Positions 31,189 through 41,676 are shown, numbered from the stretch's first letter. The stretch is 64,000 nucleotides of DNA from an uncultured Planctomycetaceae bacterium (GCA_963715755.1 OY970273.1:86028-150027), one strand, 5' to 3'. Numbers and translations: made by a program. Notes: a model not told the origin generated them from the sequence alone.

Positions 31189-32821
31189 CTCCCTTGCGAG
31201 CAGTCTCCGGCGCCCCGTTGCCGGCGGCAACGTTGCCGCTGGGCGCATTGCGGGCCGGCTCGTGCGCTTCGCCGCCCAGCTTGATTAGTGCCTCGGGCAG
31301 CTCCACCCCGCCGATGTCGCGGAGCACCTGCATCATCGGCGGCATCGTGCTGGCCATGTTGTGCAGGAAGCTGGCCGTGTTGCTCTTGCCGCCCGAGCCG
31401 CCGTTTTCCCAAACGATGACCTTGTCGAACTTGATATTCGAGATCGCCTGGGCCGAGGTCTCGGCCAGCTTGTCGAGGTGTTCGAGCATGAGCAGCTGAA
31501 AGGCCTCTTTGGCGCCGCCGCAGGCCGCGATGATCTGCTTGAGGCCTTCGCCCTTTTTGGCCAGGATTTCGTACTGCCCGCGGGCTTCGGCCTCGAGCTT
31601 GGCGAAAATGGCCTGGGCCTGGCCCTCGGCTTCGATCCGCCGCTTTTGCGCTTCGGCTTCTGCCTCGACGATGGTTTTGGCCTTCTGGGCTTTGGCTGGG
31701 GCTTCGAGCTCGGCCCGGCGCTCGGCCTCGACACGTTCGGCGTCGGCCAGGGCGGCCTTGGCCATGGCCCGGTTCTGGGCCTCGAGCACGGCGGCTTCGG
31801 CCTCGCGCTTGCGGCGCTCGCCCAGCTCGTAGGCCTCGGCCTTTTTGACCAGCAGCTGGGCCTGCGAGTTGGCGATCAGCGCCTGGGCCGAGTTTTCGCC
31901 TTCGATCGCCTTGGCCTCGGCGCCGGCCAGCGACACCCGCATGGCCTGCTGGGCGTTCTTGACCTGGGCGTCGCGATCGAAGGCGGACGACTGCTCGCCC
32001 ACTTTCTGATCGCGGTCCAGCTCGGCCAGCCGCACCGCCTGCTCGCGCTGGGCCTCGCGGGTGCCGATGTCGCGGAACTTATTGGCATTGGCCACCTGAA
32101 TGACGCGGTCGCGCTCGGCCTCGGCGACGCGCGTCTCGCCGATCCGCTCCTGCTCGGCCACGTCGCCCCGGGCTTGCTGGATGGCCTGGCTGGCGGCCTT
32201 CTGGCCGATGGCGTCGATGTAGCCCGACTCGTCCTGGATGTCGGTCACGTTGACGTTGATCAGCACCAGGCCGATCTTTTTCAGCTCCGGTTCGAGCGAA
32301 CTTTGGATGTGATGGAGAAAGGTTTCGCGGTCGCGATTGATGTCCTCGATCCGCATCGAGGCGATCACCTGTCGCAGCTGGCCGAAGATGATTTCCTCGG
32401 CCTGCTTGCGCACCTGGGCCGCGTTTTGCCCCAACAGGCGGATGGCGGCGTTCTGCATCACGTCGGGCGCGGTGCCGATGGCCACCGTGAACACGCTCGG
32501 GACGTTGACGCGGATGTTTTCCATCGACAGCGCCCCGCGGAGCGGAATCTCGATCTGGATCGGCTCCAGGCTCAGGTAACTGTAGTCCTGGATCAGCGGC
32601 CAGACGAACGATGCCCCGCCGTGGATGCAGCGGGCGCTGTCGCCGTGCCCCACCTTGCCGTAGATCACCAGCACCCGGTTGCTCGGGCAGCGCTTGAACC
32701 GCTTGGCAACGAAGATCAGCGTGCTTAGCAGCAGCAGCGCCAGGGCCACGCACATCGCCACCACGTAGGCGTACGGTCCGGACGCGCGACCGGCTTGAGC
32801 GAGCAGGAGGTAGCAGTTCAT
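31181..32821 (-). CDS. flotillin-family SPFH/Band-7 protein (YqiK-like)
   Basis: N-terminal TM, SPFH domain, long Ala/Glu/Arg/Lys coiled-coil (EAERRAELEAPAKAQKA...). Confidence 0.85.
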   Translation of the reverse strand: MNCYLLLAQAGRASGPYAYVVAMCVALALLLLSTLIFVAKRFKRCPSNRVLVIYGKVGHGDSARCIHGGASFVWPLIQDYSYLSLEPIQIEIPLRGALSMENIRVNVPSVFTVAIGTAPDVMQNAAIRLLGQNAAQVRKQAEEIIFGQLRQVIASMRIEDINRDRETFLHHIQSSLEPELKKIGLVLINVNVTDIQDESGYIDAIGQKAASQAIQQARGDVAEQERIGETRVAEAERDRVIQVANANKFRDIGTREAQREQAVRLAELDRDQKVGEQSSAFDRDAQVKNAQQAMRVSLAGAEAKAIEGENSAQALIANSQAQLLVKKAEAYELGERRKREAEAAVLEAQNRAMAKAALADAERVEAERRAELEAPAKAQKAKTIVEAEAEAQKRRIEAEGQAQAIFAKLEAEARGQYEILAKKGEGLKQIIAACGGAKEAFQLLMLEHLDKLAETSAQAISNIKFDKVIVWENGGSGGKSNTASFLHNMASTMPPMMQVLRDIGGVELPEALIKLGGEAHEPARNAPSGNVAAGNGAPETARKGDA

Positions 32822-32871
32822 GGATCGTCTTTCAGTGAGGAAGCGGGGGCGCAGCGCGCCGGAGCCAAAAC

Positions 32872-33630
32872 TCAGACATGAGCCCGCGTCGGCTGCGAAT
32901 CGGTGGCGCTCGCAGTCTCGGCCGCAACCACCTCGACCGCGCTGGGCCCGACGACCTCGACGACGATGACCCGCGTTCCGGTCGGCAGCGCCGCCCCGGC
33001 GGTGGTGGCCTGGTATTCGAGCGTGCGGTTTTGCATGGTGAGGTGAATTTTTCCGGCCCCGGCCCGGGCCGCGGGAATGCTCAGGTAAACGAGCGCCTCG
33101 CGGCCTACCGCGGCGCCGATCCGTTCGGTGCCGTCGGCCCGCAGCCGGCCCAGCGATTGCATCAGGTAGAACACGCTGTACATCGCCGCAGCGCCGCTGG
33201 CCAGGGCCAGCATCAACGGCCGCGGCGAGGCCAACTCGGCGCTCTCGGCCGCCAGGCCCGCCAGGCCGAAAAACACCAGCGCCGCAACCACCGTACGAAA
33301 CGTCAGCACGCGAAACAGCGTCGTCGAGTCGTGCTTGGAATGCGCCTGCGAATGGGCCTGGCTATGCGCGGTGCCGCCATGCGCGGCGCCGGCATGCCCG
33401 GGGCTATGGCCGTCGTGCGAGTCGCTCAGGTGACCGCCGGCCGACGAAGTGAACGTGTCGTGTCCAGCGTAATCGTGGCTGGCGAAATCATGCCCGGCCA
33501 GATCGCCGCCGCCGTCGCTGCCCAGGTCGTGATCGAGCCCCTCGTGGCCGAAGCCGACGAGCGAGAGGAGGAACTGACCAATCATCAGCGTTCCGCCGAG
33601 AATCGCGGCCGAGAGGAACAGCATTTCCAT
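32872..33630 (-). CDS. NfeD-like membrane protein (YqiJ-type flotillin partner) with His/Asp-rich insert
   Basis: N-terminal TM, HEGLDHDLGSDGGGDLAGHDFASHDYAGHD... His-rich segment, two TMs, C-terminal OB-fold-like GTRVIVVEVVGPSAVEV. Confidence 0.7.
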   Translation of the reverse strand: MEMLFLSAAILGGTLMIGQFLLSLVGFGHEGLDHDLGSDGGGDLAGHDFASHDYAGHDTFTSSAGGHLSDSHDGHSPGHAGAAHGGTAHSQAHSQAHSKHDSTTLFRVLTFRTVVAALVFFGLAGLAAESAELASPRPLMLALASGAAAMYSVFYLMQSLGRLRADGTERIGAAVGREALVYLSIPAARAGAGKIHLTMQNRTLEYQATTAGAALPTGTRVIVVEVVGPSAVEVVAAETASATDSQPTRAHV

Positions 33631-33977
33631 GGGAGCGAACCTCGCCGTACGAGCCTGGGTCCTGCTATCCGAAGGTATTTCGCCCGAACGGGCCGAAGAT
33701 TGGGCACCCGCCCGCGGCTACTGGCCTCAATCATCAAGGTGCGCCGACGGCGTGTCAAACTTGCGGGCTGGCGGTTGCGCGGCGGCGGCCTGCGGCATCC
33801 GGGCGCGGCCATTGGACTTAGCCGCGCGCAGGGTGCGCAAGTCGCGTAATTCCGAGCCATGCCGACCCATCGCCAAGGCCGCCCCAGACGACTACAATGC
33901 GTGGTTTTCACTGCCGGATTGTTTTGTTAGCCCACTAGCGGATCGAGGGCCGATCCATCCTCTCGACTGCCCAGGCC

Positions 33978-35165
33978 ATGCCCAAGCCTCGCTTGATGAC
34001 GCCCGGACCGACGCAAGTGCCGGAGCTTGCGCGCTTGGCCATGGCCCGGCAGGTGCTGCACCATCGCACGCCCGAGTTCAAAGCCCTGTTTGCCGAAGTG
34101 TTGGCAGGCCTGAAGTACGTCTTTGCCACCCAGAATGACGTGGTGGTCCTCTCGGCCTCGGGCACGGGGGCGATGGAGGCGGCGGTGGTCAACCTGGTGC
34201 CGCGCGGCGGCAAGGCCATCGTGCTCGACGCGGGGGTGTTTGCCCGCCGCTGGGCCCAGATCGCCCGGGCTTTCGGCATCGAAGTGGTCCGGCACGAAGT
34301 GCCCTGGGGCCAGGCGGTCGAAGCGGCCGACGTGGCCCGGCTGCTGGCCGAGCATTCCGACGCGGTGGCCGTGTTCGGCACGCTGATGGAGAGCAGCACG
34401 GGCGTGGGGCACGACGTGCAAGCGATCGGTCGCGTGGTCCGCGAAAGCCAGGCGGTATTCGTCGTCGACGGGATCAGCGGCGTGGGCGCCATGGAATGCC
34501 GCACGGATGACTGGGGCATCGACGTGCTGGTCGTCGGTTCGCAGAAGGCGCTGATGTTGCCGCCGGGATTGAGCTTTTTGTCGATCGGCGAGCGGGCCTG
34601 GCGGCAAATCGAAAAGACCCAGCCGCAAGCGTTTTATTTCAACCTCGGCCTGCATCGCGAAAAACTCAAGAGCGGACCCGAGACGCCCTGGACTCCCGCG
34701 GTCACGCTGGTCGTCGGCCTGGCCGAAAGCCTGCGGCAGATTCGCATGTCGGGCATCGAAGCGGTTTGGGCCCGGTGCGACGAACTGGCCCGGGCCACGC
34801 GAGCCGGCGTCCAGGCCATCGGCCTCGAGCTGTTTGCCCAGCGCCCCGCGGCGGGGCTGACTGCCGTCAAGGTGCCGGCCGGCGTAGAAGGGGGCGCGCT
34901 GCTCGCCCGGCTCGAGAGCCGTTTCGGCGTCAAGCTCGCCGGCGGGCAGGACAAGCTGCGGGGCAAGATTTTTCGCATCGGCCATTTCGGCGCGCTCGAC
35001 GAGCTGGACGTGCTTGGCACACTGGCCGCGCTCGAGTTGACGCTGGCCGAGCTGGGCCAGCCGATACGTCTGGGTGCCGCGGTGGCCGCCGCCGGCAGCC
35101 AATTGATCCGGCCGGCCGACAAACCGAACGCCGATAACAAGAACGTGGCACTGACTGGGTCTTAG
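33978..35165 (+). CDS. class V aminotransferase, alanine--glyoxylate/serine--pyruvate (AGXT) family; likely phosphoserine aminotransferase role next to serA
   Basis: MTPGPTQVPELARLAMARQVLHHRTPEF, PLP-fold; adjacent 3-PGDH gene. Confidence 0.8.
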   Translation: MPKPRLMTPGPTQVPELARLAMARQVLHHRTPEFKALFAEVLAGLKYVFATQNDVVVLSASGTGAMEAAVVNLVPRGGKAIVLDAGVFARRWAQIARAFGIEVVRHEVPWGQAVEAADVARLLAEHSDAVAVFGTLMESSTGVGHDVQAIGRVVRESQAVFVVDGISGVGAMECRTDDWGIDVLVVGSQKALMLPPGLSFLSIGERAWRQIEKTQPQAFYFNLGLHREKLKSGPETPWTPAVTLVVGLAESLRQIRMSGIEAVWARCDELARATRAGVQAIGLELFAQRPAAGLTAVKVPAGVEGGALLARLESRFGVKLAGGQDKLRGKIFRIGHFGALDELDVLGTLAALELTLAELGQPIRLGAAVAAAGSQLIRPADKPNADNKNVALTGS

Positions 35166-35272
35166 CTGACAAGTGGGTGCGGGGCGACCACCAGGAAGCC
35201 CGCGGCGCACCGCCTGGCCGCTGTCGACGCCCAACGATCTCGATCTCGACATCAATAACCTTGAGTTGAACC

Positions 35273-36895
35273 ATGCCTAAAGTTGTCATTCTCGATACGC
35301 TGGCCCCCGAGGGGCTGGAAATCCTGTCCAAAGCGCCCGGCATGCAGTGCGAAGTGCGCACGGGACTGAAAGGGGACGCCCTGCGCTCGACGCTGGCCGA
35401 GTTCGACGGCGCCATCTGCCGCAGCGGCGTCAAGATCACCGCCGACGCGCTCGAAGGCAACCGCCGCCTGAAGGCCATCGTGCGGGCCGGAGTGGGCACC
35501 GACAATATCGATTCGCGGGCGGCCACGCGGCTGGGCATCGTGGTCATGAACACGCCGGCCGGCAACACGCTGAGCACGGCCGAACACACGCTGGCCATGA
35601 TGCTGGCCCTGTCGCGCAATATCGCCCCGGCCTATCAGAGCCTGATCGAGGGCAAATGGGACCGCAATCGCTACATGGGCACCCAGCTGGCCGACAAGAC
35701 GCTGGGCGTCGTCGGCCTGGGACGCATCGGGCAGGCCGTCGCCGCCCGGGCCCGGGCGCTGGAAATGAAAGTGATCGGCTACGACCCGTTCTTGTCGCGC
35801 GAACGGGCCCTGGAGCTGGGCATCGAATTGGTGCCCAAGGTGGACGACATGATCGAGCATATCGACTATCTCACGGTCCACACGCCGCTGACCGACGAAA
35901 CCCGGCACTTGATCAGCACGCCGCAGATCCAGCGGATGCGCAAGGGGGCCCGGCTGATCAACTGTGCCCGGGGCGGCATTTATGACGAGGCCGCGCTGGT
36001 CGAAGGGCTTAAGAGCGGTAAGCTAGGCGGCGTCGCGCTCGACGTTTACGCCAGCGAGCCCTGCACGAACAGCCCGCTGTTCGGCATGCCGGGCGTCCTC
36101 TGCACGCCCCACTTGGGCGCCAGCACCGAAGAGGCCCAGACGCAGGTGGCCGTCGAAGGCGCCAACTTGCTCGTCGATTATCTGACCAACGGCACGATCC
36201 GCCACGCCGTGAATTTCACGCCGATCGACGCCCAGGCGCTGGGCGATCTGCGCGGCTATCTGGACGTGGGCTACCGGCTGGGGCTGATGCTGGCCCAATT
36301 CGACACCGCTTCGATCCGCCGCTGCACGCTCAACTATCGGGGCGAAGTGGCCGGCAAGAACACCCGGCTGATCACCGCCGCCTTTGCCGCCGGGCTGCTC
36401 TCGAACGCCTTGGAACAGTCGATCAACATCGTCAATGCCGAAGTGCTCTTGCGCGAGCGCGGGATCGAGCTGGTCGAGCAAACCCGGGCCGACTTGGGAG
36501 CGTTCAGCTCGATCGTTTCGGCCGAAGTCACCACCGAGTCCTGCACGCGCAGGGCGGCGGCCACCGTCTTCGGCACGGGCATGCCGCGACTGGTGCAGTT
36601 GGACGGCTATCCGCTGGACGCCTACCTGGACGGGGTGCTGATGGTTTTCGGCCACCGCGACGTGCCCGGCATCATCGGCGCCGTGGGCACGATTTTCGGC
36701 CGGCATGAGGTGAATATCGCCCAGATGGCAGTGGGCCGGGCCAGCAAGGGAGGCGATGCCGTGGGCGTGCTGAACCTGGACGTGCGCCCGCCCCAAGCCG
36801 CGCTGGACGAAGTCCGGGCCCATCCGGCAATCCAGCGGGCCGTCGTGATCAAGCTGCCCCCGGCCGGCGAGCGTCCTCCGTGGTTGGCGGGCTGA
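35273..36895 (+). CDS. serA: D-3-phosphoglycerate dehydrogenase SerA with C-terminal ACT domain
   Basis: GVVGLGRIGQAVA NAD-binding motif, catalytic His/Glu region, ~540 aa long form. Confidence 0.9.
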   Translation: MPKVVILDTLAPEGLEILSKAPGMQCEVRTGLKGDALRSTLAEFDGAICRSGVKITADALEGNRRLKAIVRAGVGTDNIDSRAATRLGIVVMNTPAGNTLSTAEHTLAMMLALSRNIAPAYQSLIEGKWDRNRYMGTQLADKTLGVVGLGRIGQAVAARARALEMKVIGYDPFLSRERALELGIELVPKVDDMIEHIDYLTVHTPLTDETRHLISTPQIQRMRKGARLINCARGGIYDEAALVEGLKSGKLGGVALDVYASEPCTNSPLFGMPGVLCTPHLGASTEEAQTQVAVEGANLLVDYLTNGTIRHAVNFTPIDAQALGDLRGYLDVGYRLGLMLAQFDTASIRRCTLNYRGEVAGKNTRLITAAFAAGLLSNALEQSINIVNAEVLLRERGIELVEQTRADLGAFSSIVSAEVTTESCTRRAAATVFGTGMPRLVQLDGYPLDAYLDGVLMVFGHRDVPGIIGAVGTIFGRHEVNIAQMAVGRASKGGDAVGVLNLDVRPPQAALDEVRAHPAIQRAVVIKLPPAGERPPWLAG

Positions 36896-37078
36896 GCGAC
36901 CGCAGGCTATCATTCGCAGTGCGGGTTTGCGTCCCGCGCACCGCTCGACGTGCGATGCTGCCCCGGCGGACTGCAAAATAGTGGTCGGGGAGCGGCACGG
37001 CATGGTTCCCGATCGGTCGCCCCCCGGGCAGGCGCGGAAGTTTCCGGCAGACTTGCAACTCACCCTCGTCAGTCCAAA

Positions 37079-37678
37079 ATGACCGGCACGCTCCTGGCCG
37101 TCCTGGCTCGATTGCTCAGCGGTTCCAGCGTGCGCTGGATCGACTGCCAGCCCGACACGTGCCAGCGGGTATATTTCGCCAATCACACCAGCCATCTGGA
37201 CGCGATCGTGGTCTGGTCGGCGCTGCCGCACACGCTGCGCTCCCTGGTCCGGCCGGTGGCTGCCAAGGACTATTGGGAAAAAGGGTTCGTGCGCCGCTAC
37301 CTGGCCCGCACGTTCAACGCGCTGTTGATCGACCGCACCGACATCAAAGTGCATCAGAGCCCGGTCGATCTGATGCTGCGCGAGATCGGCGATCGGTATT
37401 CGCTGATCGTGTTTCCCGAGGGCAGCCGCAATGCCGAGGCGGAGATCGCCGAGTTCAAGAGCGGGCTGTATTATCTGTCCAAGAAACGGCCGGACCTGGA
37501 ACTGGTTCCCGTCCACATCGACAACATGAACCGCGTCCTGCCGCGGGGCGAGTTCCTGCCGGTCCCGCTGCTCAGCTGCATCAGCTTCGGTCCGCCGATG
37601 TGGCTGGAAGCCGGCGAGCCCAAGGCCGAGTTTCTCAAACGGGCCCGCGACGCCGTCCGCCGGCTGAAGGACCTGTGA
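37079..37678 (+). CDS. 1-acyl-sn-glycerol-3-phosphate acyltransferase-like (PlsC family)
   Basis: HTSHLD (HX4D) and FPEGSRN motifs. Confidence 0.8.
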   Translation: MTGTLLAVLARLLSGSSVRWIDCQPDTCQRVYFANHTSHLDAIVVWSALPHTLRSLVRPVAAKDYWEKGFVRRYLARTFNALLIDRTDIKVHQSPVDLMLREIGDRYSLIVFPEGSRNAEAEIAEFKSGLYYLSKKRPDLELVPVHIDNMNRVLPRGEFLPVPLLSCISFGPPMWLEAGEPKAEFLKRARDAVRRLKDL

Positions 37679-37679
37679 C

Positions 37680-38642
37680 ATGGATTACAAGACGCTGGGA
37701 CTGGTCGGCGGCGTGTTGGCCGTGTTGAGCTGCGCCACGGCGGTGGGGCAGTTTCTCAAGCAGCAGCGCGACGTCGGCCTGAACACGGCCGTCGTCGAGA
37801 CGTTCAACAACCGCATCCGCGCCTGGTGGCTAATGTGCACGGTGTTGGGCGCGGCGTTCCTGCTGGGCAGCTGGTCGCGGCAGACGACGGTGGTGCTGTT
37901 CGGGCTGATCTCGTTCTGGGCGCTGCGCGAGTTCATCACGCTCACGCCGACCCGACTGGGAGACCATCGCACGCTGTTCTGGGTGTTTTTCCTGTTTACG
38001 CCGCTGCAGTACGTGCTGGTCGGCTACGACAAGTACGACCTCTACAGCATTCTGATTCCGGTGTACGCGTTCTTGTTCATTCCGGCCCGGGTGGCGCTCT
38101 CCGGCGATTACAAGCGGTTCCTGGAGCGGACGGCCAAGATCCAGGCCGGGCTGATGGTCAGCGTGTATTGCTTGAGCCATGCGCCGGCCCTGTTGTTTTT
38201 GCCTTTGCCCCAGACCAGCGACGGCGGCGGCGGACAGAACGCCCGGCTGCTGTTCTTCTTCGTGCTGGTGGTGCAGCTGAGCGATGTGTTTCAATACGCC
38301 TGGGGCCGGCTGGCCGGGCGCCGGGTGATCGCGCCGGCGATCAGCCCGAACAAGACCTGGGAAGGCTTCGTCGGCGGAGTGGCCAGCGCTACGCTGGTGG
38401 GCACGGCCTTGTACTGGGCCACGCCGTTCGAGCCCTGGCATGCGGCCGGGTTATCGCTGGTCATCTCGGTGATGGGATTTTCGGGCGGCATGGTGATGTC
38501 GGCCATCAAGCGGGACCGCGGTGTCAAGGATTACGGCACGCTGGTCGCCGGCCACGGCGGAGTGCTCGACCGGATCGACTCGATCTGCTTCGCGGCGCCG
38601 ATCTTCTTTCACCTGACGCGGTTTTATTTGCAGCAGTTGTGA
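37680..38642 (+). CDS. cdsA: phosphatidate cytidylyltransferase CdsA
   Basis: C-terminal KRDRGVKDYGTLVAGHGGVLDRIDS signature; ATG directly after plsC-like stop. Confidence 0.88.
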   Translation: MDYKTLGLVGGVLAVLSCATAVGQFLKQQRDVGLNTAVVETFNNRIRAWWLMCTVLGAAFLLGSWSRQTTVVLFGLISFWALREFITLTPTRLGDHRTLFWVFFLFTPLQYVLVGYDKYDLYSILIPVYAFLFIPARVALSGDYKRFLERTAKIQAGLMVSVYCLSHAPALLFLPLPQTSDGGGGQNARLLFFFVLVVQLSDVFQYAWGRLAGRRVIAPAISPNKTWEGFVGGVASATLVGTALYWATPFEPWHAAGLSLVISVMGFSGGMVMSAIKRDRGVKDYGTLVAGHGGVLDRIDSICFAAPIFFHLTRFYLQQL

Positions 38643-38678
38643 GGTCTCGCGGTTCCTTTTCCCACTCGGAGGTCGGCC

Positions 38679-38906
38679 GTGCCCCAACATCGCGTGAATT
38701 TCGACATCCCCGATCGTCCGCTGGCGCATGCGGACATCATCTTTACCGTGTACGAAGACGACGAGAAATTTGGCGAGCTCCGGGTGAGCAAGGGGGCCGT
38801 CGTCTGGTTTCCGGCCAACAAGGTGAAGGGATTCCGGCTGAGCTGGAAGCAACTGGACAACTTTTTTCAGGCCCAGGGCCGGACCGGGCAAAAACGCACG
38901 ACCTGA
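38679..38906 (+). CDS. small conserved-looking hypothetical protein (75 aa)
   Basis: GTG start with GGAGG 5-11 nt upstream; balanced composition (MPQHRVNFDIPDRPLAHADIIFTVYEDDEKFGELRVSKG...). Confidence 0.4.
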   Translation: MPQHRVNFDIPDRPLAHADIIFTVYEDDEKFGELRVSKGAVVWFPANKVKGFRLSWKQLDNFFQAQGRTGQKRTT

Positions 38907-39039
38907 CCGGTGGTGTGCACGCTCTTTGCGGTCGATAAGTCCTGAACGTGCGCGCCCGAATTTTCTCCGCTGATGACGCTGCCCTGGCTGTGCTTACTCT
39001 GCCTTCTGCCTTCATCCTTCTGCCTTTCTCCTCCCTTCT

Positions 39040-40701
39040 ATGTCTCGATCGCTGCTGAAAATCGCCGCCGGCACGGTCTACGATCCGACCAACGGCATCG
39101 ATGGCCGGGTGCAGGATGTGTGGATCGAAGACGGCCGCATCGTCGCCGCTCCCGGCGATCCGCAGACCCGGCCCGAGCGCACGATCGACGCTCGGGGGCT
39201 GGTCGTCATGCCGGGTGGCATCGACATGCACTGCCACATTGCCGGGCCGAAAGTGAACGTCGCCCGAAAGCTGCGGCCCGAGGAGAAGCGCCGCTGTGAA
39301 CCGGTCCGCCGCACGGCCCTCACCCGTAGCGGGACCATGGGGAGCGTGCCCAGCACGTTTGCCACCGGCTACAAGTATGCGGCCCTGGGCTACACCACGG
39401 CCTTCGACGCGGCCGTCCCGCCGCTGGCCGCCCGGCACGTGCACGAGGAGTTCGAGGACACGCCCTGCCTGGACAAGGGCTTTTATGTCCTGATGGGCAA
39501 CAACCATTACGTGATGCAGGCCCTCCGCGAGCATGAGCCCGAGCGGCTGCGCGCGTTCGTGGCCTGGCTGCTCGGCGCGGCCAAGGGCTACGCCCCCAAG
39601 CTGGTCAACCCGGGCGGCGTGGAAGTCTGGAAGCAAAAGTCGCAGGGCAACGTGCACGGCCTGGACGAGCCGGTCGGGCATTTCGAAGTCACGCCGCGGC
39701 AAATTTTGCAGGGCGTGGCCCAGGCCGCGGCGGAACTGAAACTGCCGCACCGCGTGCACGTGCATGCCAACAACCTGGGAATGCCCGGCAACTGGACCAC
39801 GACGCTGGCCACGCTCGAAGCGCTCGAAGGTTTCGGGGGCCACCTGACGCACATCCAGTTTCACAGCTACGGCGGCGGGCAGGGGGACCCCGACACCTTC
39901 AGCTCGAAAGTGCCCCAGCTAGCCGCCTATGTGAACGACCACCCCAGCCTGACGGTCGACGTGGGCCAGGTGATGTTCGGCCCCACGACCAGCATGACCG
40001 GCGACGGGCCGCTGGGCTATTACCTGAGCAACATCTACAAGACGAAATGGTTTTCGATCGATACCGAGCTGGAAGCCGGCTGCGGCATTGCCCCGATCGA
40101 GTACAAGAACAAGAGCCTGGTCCACGCCCTGCAATGGGCCATCGGGCTGGAGTGGTATTTGCTGGTCACCGATCCCTGGCGGGTGGCCATGAGCACCGAC
40201 CATCCCAACGGCGGCTCGTTCATGGCCTATCCGCAGATCATCCGGCTGCTGATGGATCGGACCTGGCGGCGGGACATGCTCAAGACCGTGCATCCGCTGG
40301 TCCGCGAGCGAACCGTGCTGGCCGACCTGGATCGCGAGTATTCGCTCGCCGAGATTTGCATCATCACCCGCAGTGGCCCGGCGCGGATGCTGGGCCTGAA
40401 GCACAAGGGGCACCTCGGACCCGGCGCCGACGCCGACCTGACGATCTACACCCCGGACGAAAACAAACAGACGATGTTCGAGCTGCCGCGCTACGTGATC
40501 AAGGCCGGCGAGGTCATCGTCGACGGCGGCGAGATCCGTGCGACCCCCTCGGGCAAGACGTTGCACGTCGCCCCCGACTACGATCCCGGCATCGAGGCCG
40601 ATCTGGCCGGCTGGTTCGAGCAGTATTATTCGATCCAGCTGGCCAACTATCCGGTCAGCGCCGATTACTTGCCGCACGCCGAGCAGGTCGACTGCGGGTA
40701 A
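39040..40701 (+). CDS. fhcA: formyltransferase/hydrolase complex subunit A (FhcA; FwdA-like amidohydrolase) of the H4MPT C1 pathway
   Basis: DPTNGIDGRVQDVWIEDGRIV, MPGGIDMHCHIAGPKVNVARKLRPE, SVPSTFATGYKYAALGYTTAFDAA match FwdA/FhcA. Confidence 0.85.
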   Translation: MSRSLLKIAAGTVYDPTNGIDGRVQDVWIEDGRIVAAPGDPQTRPERTIDARGLVVMPGGIDMHCHIAGPKVNVARKLRPEEKRRCEPVRRTALTRSGTMGSVPSTFATGYKYAALGYTTAFDAAVPPLAARHVHEEFEDTPCLDKGFYVLMGNNHYVMQALREHEPERLRAFVAWLLGAAKGYAPKLVNPGGVEVWKQKSQGNVHGLDEPVGHFEVTPRQILQGVAQAAAELKLPHRVHVHANNLGMPGNWTTTLATLEALEGFGGHLTHIQFHSYGGGQGDPDTFSSKVPQLAAYVNDHPSLTVDVGQVMFGPTTSMTGDGPLGYYLSNIYKTKWFSIDTELEAGCGIAPIEYKNKSLVHALQWAIGLEWYLLVTDPWRVAMSTDHPNGGSFMAYPQIIRLLMDRTWRRDMLKTVHPLVRERTVLADLDREYSLAEICIITRSGPARMLGLKHKGHLGPGADADLTIYTPDENKQTMFELPRYVIKAGEVIVDGGEIRATPSGKTLHVAPDYDPGIEADLAGWFEQYYSIQLANYPVSADYLPHAEQVDCG

Positions 40702-40830
40702 GTACTCCGGGCTCGCCGCTAACCCCAGGGTATCGCTCCGCTCAACCCTGGGCTGTGCTCTGGAGGCCTTTCAGGCCTGCGAGCGGCCGCGCTATCCCCT
40801 TGCTGATTTGCCTGGACTATACTCCTCGCC

Positions 40831-41649
40831 ATGCCGCTCCTTCTGCAATACACCGGCCTGACTAGCTTGCCCGTCGAGGTCGAGGGGATCACGCCCGACC
40901 GGCTGCAGGGCAAGTCGCTGGCCGAGATCGAGCGACTGGAGATTTTTCACGGCAATCAAAAGCTGCCGCTGGCCGAGCTGTTTCGCGTCTCGGGCGATCC
41001 GGCCGATGGCCGACTGGAACTGGCCGGCGCGCTGGCCGGGGTGCACTGGATCGGCGCCGGGATGACGTCCGGCGCGATTCACGTTCAGGGCGCTGCCGGC
41101 CGCCACGTGGGCAGCCAGATGCAGGGGGGCGAGATCCGCGTCGATGGATCGGCCGGCGATTGGCTGGGGGCCGAAATGCACGGCGGACTGATCCGAGTCG
41201 CCGGTCGCGGCGGCCACTCGGTCGGCGGCGCCTATCGCGGCAGCCCACGCGGCATGACCGGCGGCACGATCCTGGTCGGCGGCGACGTCGGTCAGGAAGC
41301 CGGTCACAGCATGCGGCGCGGGCTGCTGGCCATCGGCGGGGCCGCGGGCGAATTTGTCGGCGCCAGCATGATCGCCGGCACGATCCTGGTCACCGGCAAC
41401 TGCGGCACTCGGCCCGGCGCGGGCATGCGGCGGGGGACGATCGGACTGTTGGGCTCCCAGGCACCGCAGCTATTGCCCACGTTTCGCCGGGGAGTCTGTG
41501 CGCGCCCGCTCATTCTGGAACTGCTGCTGCGGCACTTGCGCGGGCTCGAATTCCCTGTGGCCGGCGAGCTGTTGGCGGCCAATTACTGGAGCTATCACGG
41601 CGACTTCCTGACCTCCGGCCGCGGCGAGCTATTGGTGCGGGCCGCTTGA
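40831..41649 (+). CDS. fhcC: FhcC (FwdC-like subunit, GXGXXG beta-helix repeats)
   Basis: repeated G-x-G-xx-G-xxM-xGG-I-x-V-xG units (GAAGRHVGSQMQGGEIRVDGSAGD...). Confidence 0.85.
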   Translation: MPLLLQYTGLTSLPVEVEGITPDRLQGKSLAEIERLEIFHGNQKLPLAELFRVSGDPADGRLELAGALAGVHWIGAGMTSGAIHVQGAAGRHVGSQMQGGEIRVDGSAGDWLGAEMHGGLIRVAGRGGHSVGGAYRGSPRGMTGGTILVGGDVGQEAGHSMRRGLLAIGGAAGEFVGASMIAGTILVTGNCGTRPGAGMRRGTIGLLGSQAPQLLPTFRRGVCARPLILELLLRHLRGLEFPVAGELLAANYWSYHGDFLTSGRGELLVRAA

Positions 41650-41676
41650 CCGGTTGCCGAAAGCGTCGATCCATCC

